A stretch of 64,000 nt of DNA from positions 4,087 through 68,086 of IMG/VR virus record IMGVR_UViG_3300030333_004027; one strand, written 5' to 3'. Numbering within the stretch: the first letter of the stretch is position 1; every line of letters begins with the position of its first letter. The position numbers were made by a program, and so were the translations under genes. The stretch comes from a virus. The notes beneath the pieces were generated by a model. The model ran no database searches. It worked only from the letters and a program-made list of their open reading frames with translations, and was not told the origin of the DNA. Shown one piece after another: positions 37,601 through 46,488 of this stretch.

Positions 37601-40600
37601 ATAATTAGTATTATTATTAATTAAAGTTGCACTAGTCCAAGCATCATCACTTGTTCTTTCTGTTGTGTTTTTACTAGTCCAAACAAAATATAACGTAAAT
37701 ATGCTTACGTCATTTGACCCTTCTACGTTTTCTGACATTTGCATTCTTCCGACACCACTATTAGCAAAAATGTTAATATCTGCAACTCTTAAACCTGCAT
37801 CATTCATTCCCACATCGTGTGTTAATGAGGTCACATCGCTAATAACTTTGTAAGCATTAGGATTAGTTGCTTGGTTTTTACCTTTGTTTCCATCTGACGT
37901 AATTGCTTCTGCCCAATAATTATCAAGTAGCGCAGGGAATCCCTTTGTTTCTACTTCATAATCTGTTAAGTTAGTATTACCACCGCTTATCTGATAAACG
38001 CCGCCTTGATTTACAGGAGTATTAAGGTTAAAGAAAGGTGATGTATCAACAATACACATAGCACCACCCTTATCTTCCCAATCTTTAAATCTGCTATCTG
38101 TGGATTCATCACAGGGAATAATCTCAATCGGGCCAATTGCTTCATCTCCTGTATCAGCAGATATAAATGGTGTATCAACAAGTATTTGAGTTGAATTAGT
38201 ATCTAATACCTTATACACACCATCATGTAAATTTGAGCCGGATATATTTACATAGGTTGATGTAAGCCCATGTGAAACTGATGTTGTTATTTTTAGTCTA
38301 TCTGTAGCATAACTACCAAAAGTTCCTGTGTTTGCTGCTAGTGAAGTTGCAAGTTTAGCCGTTTTTGCGGTTCCATTACCGTAATTTACAGGTTTTGAAA
38401 ATCCTGCGTTTGTGCATGGGTCTATAGAACTTATATCAGACAATACTAAATCTTCGTTTATTTTTAATTCTGTAAATCTATCGGGGCTTCCATCTGCCTT
38501 TAGTTTGTCTAAGTAATACAAATTAACTTTATGTTTTTCTGTTGTCGGAAATTGTAAACCAAATTTAGTCTTACGTGTTCCCCCGTCTGCATCAGCGTTT
38601 CCGTCTATTCTCATGTCTGCCCATAGAATCCACAAGTGCTTATAATCTTCTTGAAATTTTAATGGAAATACCCACACTTGATTCTTATAAGTATAATTAT
38701 TACCGTCTTTCCACTTTTTATATTTACTTGAAAACCATGTAAATTCTTTATCTATATATTTACAACCCGTCATATAATATCGGCTATTTACCGTATCTTC
38801 ATAAAGACCTTGATAAATAAATTTCCCTGAAGTATTTGGTTGTGAACCTGCATCACTATATATTCGCGGTCCTGTTCCTGTGCCATCTAGGGTTCCACTT
38901 GTCCACCACCCCCTTGCCTCAATTTGACAAACTCCCGACCATTGTTGTTGTTCTACTAATCTATTGTAAAGGCCCGCACTTATTGGGACTGATTTAGTTG
39001 TTGGTCCTATACCATATATTGCACTACCTGTCGCCCATAGTGGGTGGTTATTAAGAGTAAAATTGCCGGTGTTTTCACCCACATTTCCTGTTCCTCTAAA
39101 TCTATTACTGTTTAATTCTTCGGCATATACGCCGGGACTACCAAAAGGCGCTTGAGTGCCATCACCATGAGGATAATAGTCAATTACCCCGAAATGATAC
39201 TTAAACCACAATGATTTAGGTAGGTCGCGCATCCACCGCGCGTGTATGGGCCTGTGATAAGCATTACCTAAATCACCATCTATTATTGCTAACTGTCCCT
39301 TGTCCTTACTCCATTCATATCTATTATCTCCGGTAAGAGTTAATCCTACGTTTCTTATATTTCCATAGCGGTTTTCCCACCAAGAATCACCATAATCACT
39401 ACCCGGCTCTCCACTAGGTATGGGTATATCAGTCACCACAGAATATATGTTAGGGCAGGCTGTATGAGTAGTTCCCCATCTATTAGTAGTATATATATCT
39501 TTACCTATTCTTACTTCTGTAACTGTAGCCTTTCTGCATAAACGAACAACACATGGGCTTGCATTCTTTTTTGGAATCCCTGACCCATACCCATTAGTCA
39601 AAACCTTTCCTTTATTAACATGATTGATGTAAAATGTATCTCCTACTTTTAAACCGGGGTTAGCATCAAACGTAATTGAAATTGTGCTTCCTTGACTAAT
39701 CCCTATGCTTGTGTTATCTGTTGGTGTGTTATTATAATTAGAAAGATAGTTATTCCACCATACGCTACTATCTACACCTATTATATTTGCAATTTCATTA
39801 ATATATCCACTAGTAAGGGTATTTGTCCTAAACCTACCCATGTAAATAATGTGGGCGCTAGTTTCAGGCGTGTAAGTTGCATCAGTAATAACTTTTTGAG
39901 CATAATTCGGGTCATACATATTTCCCACATGAAGTATATCAACATCATTTTCATTATGGCTATCGGCATTAACTATATTAATATTAGAAGAAGTCGCAAG
40001 AAGAGAAGTAAAACCATCCATATGTAAACAAGTTTTAATAGCACTTGTGCTTACATCAGTATTGGTAATAGTGTTACGAAGAGCATTGTTTGCACTAAAT
40101 ACTTTTCTTTGTTGAAATCCACCAATACCAAAACCAAAATATTCGTGTTCTATAGAATTAGGTCCGTGTGTATCTTCATTGTTATACATTTGTATAGGCA
40201 TTCCTGAACCTAACTGCAAACGCTGATTAGCATTTTGTTGAAAATTATTCTTTTGCCCAAACCCTAACTTATGGTCTAGCAATTTAAGTGGGCGAGTTCC
40301 CATATTCATTATACTTTGAAAGCCGTTGTTTTCAGCAGTCCAATATGGCACAGGGTCTTCATTTTCTGTGTTTCCTAATTGACCTACATCCCACAAGGGT
40401 ATTTGTTTACCTAACAAAGATGCACGATGATTTGCAGTAATTACTATTTTCCTATCTTTATTCTGTTGGTTAATTCTCATAGTGTCAATAATGCCTCTCC
40501 ATACGGGTCTATCTATTCTCTTGTCTTCTTCCGATGCAAAGACAATTAAATCACAGTCAACAGGGTCGGTGTTAGAAAATAAATCTTTTAAGTTATAAGT

Positions 40601-42172
40601 ATAGTTGCTTGCTGCTGTTCCCGGCTGTCCGTCATCAGCAGGGTCAAATATTTCGATTGTTCCTGAAGAAAATGCGTTGTTAGGCATTGATAATTTAAAA
40701 TTAGTGACGGGTGTTTCTGCGTGCCTGTCTTTGTTTGTGAGTGGTGATGTAAGGTATCTTACTAATCCAACCCTGTCTAGCATTAGATATGCTACCCCTA
40801 CAGTTGAAGTGCTTGCGTTTGTAGTTTCAGGTCTATGATATAACTCGTAGCCATACAATTCGTCTGCTGTCACAGATGAGCCAAAAGCGGTATTATCTAA
40901 GGAATAGCCGCTTGAGTTTCCTATCTGCGTGCCATCTATATAGACGTAGTATTTTTGATTGGTATAATCAATACGGAAATCCACATCTATCCATGTGTGG
41001 TCTAACCAATCTGCGTTGATGTTAGATTGAAGACTACCGATATGTGATGCTCCCAAGCAATCATAAGTAGAATAGTGTGCGTAGTTTCCACCTAAATTAC
41101 CGCTACTAGTGCCTAAACCCAACCTAAAATTAATCGCAGGGTTTCCTGAATAAGCAGTCGTGTCACTAATACCTGCTTGTGATACGGGATAACCAACCTT
41201 AAAATCAATTAGCATAGGGTATTCTCCGTTAGTAAAAGACTGCCCCCTAATATTACTGTTTGTTGATGAAGTATCTCCGTGATGACATCTTGCGGCTAGT
41301 CTAACGTGGAATACATCGTTATCCAATCTGCTATTTAAAGCACCATCGTAGGATATAGAAGGTATAGCATCAGTATTATTGATGCCCTTTATTACTAAAA
41401 ACGGTTTACCACCCGGAGATTTTAACGTCTTAAACAAATTTTCCGGCGTAGCGTTAGTAGCACTACCCGTAGTATAACTTAGACACTCTCCGGTCCATAT
41501 ACCTGTTAGGTTTGACATGGCTATGTTTCTATTGGGTTCAGATGATGTATACCAAGAGTCAAACATCCCTGCTTTTTTATTGACGTATTCTGTGCTTGTA
41601 ATGTTATCAGTAGAACCATCGGTCTTTGTATGATATGGTTCCATCGCACTTCTGCGAAATGTTGCATCTTCATTTCCACAATTTAGTAGGTAAATTCCGT
41701 TTGTATCATACCCATTGACTATTAACTGATAACCATTATTGCTTCCTAGCCCTGTGTCTTTGTAGTCGGTGTTGCTTGTTCCATCACCGTATTTAAATCT
41801 GTTAGGTGCAAGCCCGTTAGGATACTGCAACTGCGCTCTCCCTGCCCAATTGCTATTACTGTTTCGTATAGTATCGTGTGATAGCCATTCATACATTCCG
41901 TTATTTTTAAGTTTAGATAAAAGGTCTATACTCACACCGTCAATACTGTTAAGCGTAGTGGAGTATTGTTCTCTATCTATAATAGACCATCTGTATCTAG
42001 GATTCGATATTGCCTCACCGTTCAAGGGGTTTCCATGATGGCTTTTAAGTGACGAGTATGGAACTGTAAAACTAGGGGTATTTTCATCGTCTGCTATACC
42101 TCTAGCGTTTGTAAAATCATCGTAGTAACCCGCAAGCCAAAACGAATATTTGTCTTTTACTTCTCTTACCAT
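34610..42172 (-). CDS. Giant tail-tip/hub-central fibre protein
   Basis: 2520 aa, N/G/T/S-rich, directly after the tape measure; hub-like 'VWRGIIDT' and 'TFVIKNIEWSL...LTL' segments. Confidence 0.75.
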   Translation of the reverse strand: MVREVKDKYSFWLAGYYDDFTNARGIADDENTPSFTVPYSSLKSHHGNPLNGEAISNPRYRWSIIDREQYSTTLNSIDGVSIDLLSKLKNNGMYEWLSHDTIRNSNSNWAGRAQLQYPNGLAPNRFKYGDGTSNTDYKDTGLGSNNGYQLIVNGYDTNGIYLLNCGNEDATFRRSAMEPYHTKTDGSTDNITSTEYVNKKAGMFDSWYTSSEPNRNIAMSNLTGIWTGECLSYTTGSATNATPENLFKTLKSPGGKPFLVIKGINNTDAIPSISYDGALNSRLDNDVFHVRLAARCHHGDTSSTNSNIRGQSFTNGEYPMLIDFKVGYPVSQAGISDTTAYSGNPAINFRLGLGTSSGNLGGNYAHYSTYDCLGASHIGSLQSNINADWLDHTWIDVDFRIDYTNQKYYVYIDGTQIGNSSGYSLDNTAFGSSVTADELYGYELYHRPETTNASTSTVGVAYLMLDRVGLVRYLTSPLTNKDRHAETPVTNFKLSMPNNAFSSGTIEIFDPADDGQPGTAASNYTYNLKDLFSNTDPVDCDLIVFASEEDKRIDRPVWRGIIDTMRINQQNKDRKIVITANHRASLLGKQIPLWDVGQLGNTENEDPVPYWTAENNGFQSIMNMGTRPLKLLDHKLGFGQKNNFQQNANQRLQLGSGMPIQMYNNEDTHGPNSIEHEYFGFGIGGFQQRKVFSANNALRNTITNTDVSTSAIKTCLHMDGFTSLLATSSNINIVNADSHNENDVDILHVGNMYDPNYAQKVITDATYTPETSAHIIYMGRFRTNTLTSGYINEIANIIGVDSSVWWNNYLSNYNNTPTDNTSIGISQGSTISITFDANPGLKVGDTFYINHVNKGKVLTNGYGSGIPKKNASPCVVRLCRKATVTEVRIGKDIYTTNRWGTTHTACPNIYSVVTDIPIPSGEPGSDYGDSWWENRYGNIRNVGLTLTGDNRYEWSKDKGQLAIIDGDLGNAYHRPIHARWMRDLPKSLWFKYHFGVIDYYPHGDGTQAPFGSPGVYAEELNSNRFRGTGNVGENTGNFTLNNHPLWATGSAIYGIGPTTKSVPISAGLYNRLVEQQQWSGVCQIEARGWWTSGTLDGTGTGPRIYSDAGSQPNTSGKFIYQGLYEDTVNSRYYMTGCKYIDKEFTWFSSKYKKWKDGNNYTYKNQVWVFPLKFQEDYKHLWILWADMRIDGNADADGGTRKTKFGLQFPTTEKHKVNLYYLDKLKADGSPDRFTELKINEDLVLSDISSIDPCTNAGFSKPVNYGNGTAKTAKLATSLAANTGTFGSYATDRLKITTSVSHGLTSTYVNISGSNLHDGVYKVLDTNSTQILVDTPFISADTGDEAIGPIEIIPCDESTDSRFKDWEDKGGAMCIVDTSPFFNLNTPVNQGGVYQISGGNTNLTDYEVETKGFPALLDNYWAEAITSDGNKGKNQATNPNAYKVISDVTSLTHDVGMNDAGLRVADINIFANSGVGRMQMSENVEGSNDVSIFTLYFVWTSKNTTERTSDDAWTSATLINNNTNYKLTLDNFDGSATNWEELGIQAGMMIINDTTGVKHKIIEVGDGETSEGGYEVKELIVDRGFLASGTWNVNDDWTIPVQLGGLWTHSNSTWEEATSDTVDDRLAYLRAYHTATGGYVGAQHNISVKDGTDGDGDYDWETVTVSSTIWTGANVITRMLMHIEGVAESENSGTYADSDKVRTLWNAGLTKNWNPRTRLASLYDINNIPNTNLMTSDGGTTNNDLYGGVLNIGTGNLLNSLKNIQRSAGFGTLNNHHTSFSWLSGRDSRIELRPKYNSGMVFDRNNMKVNSLKTNVSGVVTNVRVYYNDNKNFVDYPKGTISSTTRWKTLEFPTIKLEKEAYRLAQKEYNASRKTNAIISIEPIDTAYVEDSATSLIDSKLIQTGRYGYIADPYIALQGKADTSIKPHSWTRLGTGGSLFTGMSNALDGNLGTNGTAFNRWGKSGYSQANTSATDIAWNNNFYWYGSHSVSHAVQLVHVPNHCPLVSEETGNELRIFVTPKENQTNATKIDDAEFCIWVVDYAFGASSGKVKAADISDSGGTHSMTGASRYSRAVVKENGFYELVLPLSYWNNGGSAFNPTRKIIVSFNADYCRDLLRHRCGDPTSANIFKSANTLPGITAGTANGNITTGNTDSIFPLGGRMHEEFYMFHGAASRAIWNAPRIHMVKDLSYTPATFIKLTDAGLGYNDETFVIKNIEWSLSGAGKENLNLTLSLDESMRADNITAFLPSNAIYPATFHDNPPPVYVPPASPGVEELTTPPLSQGPPPGYGGGWGWGLGSGSLQQNISGNDLSTGFFARIRRRMDNFQHNMGFGETRILGADRTSTTATTNQNAGSGSTGDVSGGNAVDSSNGMTFPGVGFEEDGGTPSFSSSFITTLTSLPNAMSDDLHIVANATNLSNGGIAQLTTVVTVNGATYTQTALIQPNIVNEQITLFHNRVAGSSSPNTTIEVEISRNAGSGNDTANYASVSLTNLGIKQTTSAVSTPNTSADLSFASSQITQ

Positions 42173-42184
42173 ACTTATCTCTCT

Positions 42185-45100
42185 CTATATAGTCTGACTC
42201 ATTGATGATGTCAAATTAACTCCCCTCATGGTTGCCCCTCTCTCAACGTGGTCTAATATCTCTTGCGCTACTTGTTCGGTTGTCATTCCATTAAAGTTGT
42301 TAGTCATTATGACTTCTGTGTTTACTAATAAATGTTCCACTCCACGATTAACAACCTGCCTTACTAGGTCGCCTGTCACGTTGGATTGGTTCATACCGTA
42401 AAACAACTCTTCTCTAGCATTATTAAACTCTAATAGAGAACGAGTAGCCGATTCCATACTACCTGCAACCATCGCAGCATCATTTTCCAAAGCACCCGCA
42501 AAGTCGCCCATAGACCTAGCGTTTGCTTGTATCGCCTCATAGATTGCTTCCACACCTTCTTTTCCGCTTATCTCTATAAATCTTACTAAGTCGGCATATT
42601 CTTCTATTGTGGCTTCAGCATCATCTATAGCCTTTTGCGTCATATTCTCTCCTGTCAGGATATTAAATTCATCAAATAACCAACCTCTTTTTCTTGCCCC
42701 GGCCCCATGTTCCAATTCGTGTATTGCATTAAGAACTTTTTGCACATCCTCTTCCATTATTTCTGCTGCATTTATTTCTGAGAATTTAGTCTCAAACGCA
42801 TCTCCGTAGGTTTCTGCTAAGTTTGCTTGCTCTTCTGCCAACTTCTTAGATTCTGCGGTGGTTCCGGCAGCAAACTCACTTGCTTTTTCTCTCGCCGTGT
42901 CATACATATTTGCTAAGTCTGCAAGACTCAACTCTTCATTTTTAATAGTCTCTAAGAATAATTCGCTATCTGTCTGAGCGTAATCAAAAATTGTCTGACT
43001 TAAATCTTCTATAGATTCTTTTCTCTTCTTTTCTTGTCTATTTAACATATAGTAAATTCCGCCCAATACCGCAAGTGTTACTCCGGCTGTTGCTATTGCT
43101 GCTAACGCCGTCCCTGTCGCAGCGCTTTGGGCGGCAGCCTGCGCCGTTAACGCTGTTGTTTTTCCTTGTATTACTTTTGTTTCTGCCGCTTCAACAGTTG
43201 CTTTTGTTGCGCTTGCTCCCGTTGCGGCTTTAGTTTGAGTTATAGATGCTATATTAGCAAAAATACCTGCCCACAGTTGACGATTTTTTTCAAGCATAAC
43301 TTTTATTCCGCCCATCTCAGCAATATTTTTCTTAACAGTCGCCGCCGCTAAGTGTAGTTGTTTAAGAGTTAACGCTCCCGTTGCTGCTATATTCAACGTC
43401 ATACCAAGCCTATTCAATTTTTCATTCTGAGTTAGAGTCATCATCGCGGTTCCCAAAGCAAACGCAGCACCCGCGCCTGCATACAACATCTTTGCTCGTT
43501 CTGCTGACTTTCTATTGAGGTCGTCCGTTTCTTCTTTTTCTGCTATAAGTGCCGCAAGTCTTTGTTCTGCTAACTCTCCTGATAGTCCTTCCGTAGCGTG
43601 TTTGTTTTGCTCTAATAAATAACCCTGTGCTTGTAAAGTCTCATTAAATTCGTCATATTGTGTCTCTAACATCTCTATAGTATTCTCAAGTTCTTTATAT
43701 TCTGCGGTATTTTCTTGGGTTGCTGCTAACTCCATTTTTCTTACACTTAGTTGCCTTCGATTTTCTGTTATGAAGTCCTTTGTGGTGTGAACATGACCTT
43801 CCATTGCTTTTTGTCTTTCCATGTATGTGTCTAATAACTCTTCTGCGTCAAGTAGTTCTTGGTCTGACCATTTTGTAATTTCTTTCCCTGCTTGTCTTGC
43901 TCCTATTAGATAAGATTGTTGGATTTGAGTTAAATTTCTTGTGTTTTCTAAAGCCACTACAAACTGTCCGTTGGCATTACCAAATGCTCCTTCTAGCATT
44001 AGTTGGTCGCCGGCCATAGCCCTAGTGACTGCTCTTTGGGCTTGGAAAGCAACAGTCAGCGCAGCAACATTAGTCACAACACTAAACAAAGGTGCTACTA
44101 TATTTTTCATATTCAAGCCTATAGTTGCTATACCTGTTCCAAACGGACCAATAGCGCCCAATGCATTAATAATTTCGTTTGTAAATGTGCTTTGTGCTTT
44201 AGCAGCATTAGTCATAGCGGGTAAGAAAGCCTCACCCAATTCAGCCCTGTAGTTTGACAATTCAGCAGTTGCGGCCCTATATTTTGTAATTGGTGCTTCA
44301 GTCCTGTTTGCTACTTCTTCAAGAGCAGGGAACATAGCCATCTGCGCTTCTGTAGCCAACTGCACAGACCTTTCATAGTTATTCATCAGTTTAATAAATC
44401 GTGTATAGTGTCTGTTGCCGGCAACGCTTTGCGCTATAGCCTGTTTTTCATTGGCTGCCATTGTCGCCCATTGTGGTGCTAAGTCTTCCATAATCTTTGA
44501 AAGAGGTCTTAGATTTTCATTAGAATCTAATACTGCTATGTTGTATGATTCTAACTCTCTTCTAGCACCATTTATATCAGCACCTAGTCTAGCATACACC
44601 ATCTTTAAAGCACGACCGGCTTTACCTTGTTCCTCACCCGTTTCAATTAGAACGGCTGACTGCGCTGCCATCATCGCTATACTTTCGTTTGTTAGTTTTG
44701 CCTGAGAAGCAAATTGATTCATAACGAAGGTGACTTGTTCCATTGTGGAAGCCGACCGGTTTTCAACGGTGTTGAGTTGGTCCATAACTCTTAGGGTGTT
44801 TTCCCTAATGGCTAATCCCTTTTCTTCCGCATCTGTTAAATGTTCGGTATTCTCAGTCATAAAGAATAACTGTTGGTTTAGGTTGATGAGTCTTTGCATG
44901 GCTTGTTCTGTTTCCATACCGCTTATCAGACCAAACTCCATACCCAATTGCGTTCCTACTTCTGTCTGTCCTTTACCTAATACAGAAGCCAACTGAGCCA
45001 TCTTTGCTGCTGCTGATAGTGCTTCTTCACCCGTAAAACCAAATTCTATACCTACTTCCCTTACGCCGTCTGCTATGGAATCTAAATCTTCGCCTGCTGC

Positions 45101-45418
45101 TAAGAACTTTTGAAGTTCGATTTCAGCATCGGCCATTGCCTCAGTCATAGGTAAAACTTCATTTATAACAGACTGAAAACCTGTGCCTATTACATCTATA
45201 GAATCTTGCATATTAGCAAAGGTGTCTAACATTATAGCGTTAAACACAGTCATAGATGTGTCTGCATCTTTGATAAGTTTGGCGGCTTGGAAACGACCGA
45301 CCACATCGAAGAAGACCATTGATGCGCCCGCTCGATTAACAAGCATGGCAATCGTCATTGCCATTATAGCAAGAATACTCCACGGTCCTGAAAGGACAAT
45401 CCCGCTTTCAACTATCAA
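42185..45418 (-). CDS. Tail tape measure protein
   Basis: 1077 aa, Ala-rich and helical, with a TP901-type core (GEEQGKAGRALKMVYARL; LRPLSKIMEDL). Exact start uncertain. Confidence 0.9.
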   Translation of the reverse strand: MIVESGIVLSGPWSILAIMAMTIAMLVNRAGASMVFFDVVGRFQAAKLIKDADTSMTVFNAIMLDTFANMQDSIDVIGTGFQSVINEVLPMTEAMADAEIELQKFLAAGEDLDSIADGVREVGIEFGFTGEEALSAAAKMAQLASVLGKGQTEVGTQLGMEFGLISGMETEQAMQRLINLNQQLFFMTENTEHLTDAEEKGLAIRENTLRVMDQLNTVENRSASTMEQVTFVMNQFASQAKLTNESIAMMAAQSAVLIETGEEQGKAGRALKMVYARLGADINGARRELESYNIAVLDSNENLRPLSKIMEDLAPQWATMAANEKQAIAQSVAGNRHYTRFIKLMNNYERSVQLATEAQMAMFPALEEVANRTEAPITKYRAATAELSNYRAELGEAFLPAMTNAAKAQSTFTNEIINALGAIGPFGTGIATIGLNMKNIVAPLFSVVTNVAALTVAFQAQRAVTRAMAGDQLMLEGAFGNANGQFVVALENTRNLTQIQQSYLIGARQAGKEITKWSDQELLDAEELLDTYMERQKAMEGHVHTTKDFITENRRQLSVRKMELAATQENTAEYKELENTIEMLETQYDEFNETLQAQGYLLEQNKHATEGLSGELAEQRLAALIAEKEETDDLNRKSAERAKMLYAGAGAAFALGTAMMTLTQNEKLNRLGMTLNIAATGALTLKQLHLAAATVKKNIAEMGGIKVMLEKNRQLWAGIFANIASITQTKAATGASATKATVEAAETKVIQGKTTALTAQAAAQSAATGTALAAIATAGVTLAVLGGIYYMLNRQEKKRKESIEDLSQTIFDYAQTDSELFLETIKNEELSLADLANMYDTAREKASEFAAGTTAESKKLAEEQANLAETYGDAFETKFSEINAAEIMEEDVQKVLNAIHELEHGAGARKRGWLFDEFNILTGENMTQKAIDDAEATIEEYADLVRFIEISGKEGVEAIYEAIQANARSMGDFAGALENDAAMVAGSMESATRSLLEFNNAREELFYGMNQSNVTGDLVRQVVNRGVEHLLVNTEVIMTNNFNGMTTEQVAQEILDHVERGATMRGVNLTSSMSQTI

Positions 45419-45470
45419 ACTGCATCCACTCCACCTACTGCCTTACGGCCCACTACATATTACGCTAATA

Positions 45471-45755
45471 CTAAGTGTCTGATAAATCTTGTTGCTGACG
45501 CTTTCTTGCCTCACGCCTAGCGTTTCTTCGCGCTATTACATCACTTGCATCATTGGCGGTTAGTGTTTTCAGGCCACCCGCCCCTTCTTTTACCTTAGCG
45601 GAGTTATGTATTTCTGCTAATTTATCATTGATGTCCATAGCAATATGTATATCTAATTCCATTAGATACCTACCGCCTTCTTGGTTGTATTTCAACCATA
45701 ATTCAGAAGGGGTTGTGCCTTTGAAGGTCATGCATAGTGAGGGAGCCACCCTCAC
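45471..45755 (-). CDS. Tail assembly chaperone, frameshifted T segment
   Basis: In the -1 frame relative to the upstream chaperone, between it and the tape measure. Confidence 0.75.
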   Translation of the reverse strand: MRVAPSLCMTFKGTTPSELWLKYNQEGGRYLMELDIHIAMDINDKLAEIHNSAKVKEGAGGLKTLTANDASDVIARRNARREARKRQQQDLSDT

Positions 45756-46102
45756 GAACTCAAAAAATTTACTGCACCTTCCTCATCGTCACCACGAACG
45801 AAGGATAGCACAGGCATTAACTCGTCAACTGTAAATAGATTTACGTCAAAAGTTTCATCTAGGCAACAAGGCACTAGCCATTGTTCTATCTGAGCCATAA
45901 TACCGGCTCCCGCATCATCAAGAGCATCACCAAACTCTATGTTAGTATCCTCATCCCACTTTTCGGGTTCGCCCTTATCAGCAAACTTTCTGAATACCTT
46001 TGCTTGGGCGTTGCTTATCTTCAACTTCTCGATACCGGATGCTTGTCGCACCCATATTTTTGTTCCATCATCTAACTCAAATTCTTTCTTCTTTATTGGC
46101 AT
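45752..46102 (-). CDS. Tail assembly chaperone (gpG-like)
   Basis: Acidic 116-aa ORF between the tail tube and the tape measure, with a slippery site at its 3' end. Confidence 0.8.
   Translation of the reverse strand: MPIKKKEFELDDGTKIWVRQASGIEKLKISNAQAKVFRKFADKGEPEKWDEDTNIEFGDALDDAGAGIMAQIEQWLVPCCLDETFDVNLFTVDELMPVLSFVRGDDEEGAVNFLSS
45761..45770 (-). other. -1 ribosomal frameshift slippery site
   Basis: Minus strand reads GTA AAT TTT TTG, giving A AAT TTT and T TTT TTG heptamers three codons before the stop. The -1 frame is open into FEFVRVAPSL. Confidence 0.75.
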
Positions 46103-46255
46103 TCTTTCTCCACTTCCTTCTCTCTTTTACATATTGCGGTTGTTTCGCTTCTCTAATAAGACGGACTGTCCCATCTTCTCTAAGTTCCCATGTGCCTAAT
46201 GAGTTATTAAAGGTTTTGGATGCGCCGACCTTCGCCATAGCGCAAACCTACTATA

Positions 46256-46480
46256 TTACTCTTTCTTAGCAGCCTTTTTCTTAGGAGCCGCCTTTTTCTT
46301 AGGTGCGGCTTTCTTTGGCTTTTGTAATTCTTTGAAAGCATCTTCGTATTGTGGCATCTCACCGCATGGAAGGTTTTGAACCGCTCTAATGGCCTCATCT
46401 CTATCCATAGCCAACAATTCTTCCATCATGGCATCGGGAATTAATCTTCCTAATCTGTAAAGAAAGTTTGCTTCAACCAT
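46256..46480 (-). CDS. Small protein with a KKKAAP repeat tail
   Basis: AGGTGA SD; directly after the tail tube gene. Confidence 0.65.
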   Translation of the reverse strand: MVEANFLYRLGRLIPDAMMEELLAMDRDEAIRAVQNLPCGEMPQYEDAFKELQKPKKAAPKKKAAPKKKAAKKE

Positions 46481-46488
46481 TCAATCAC

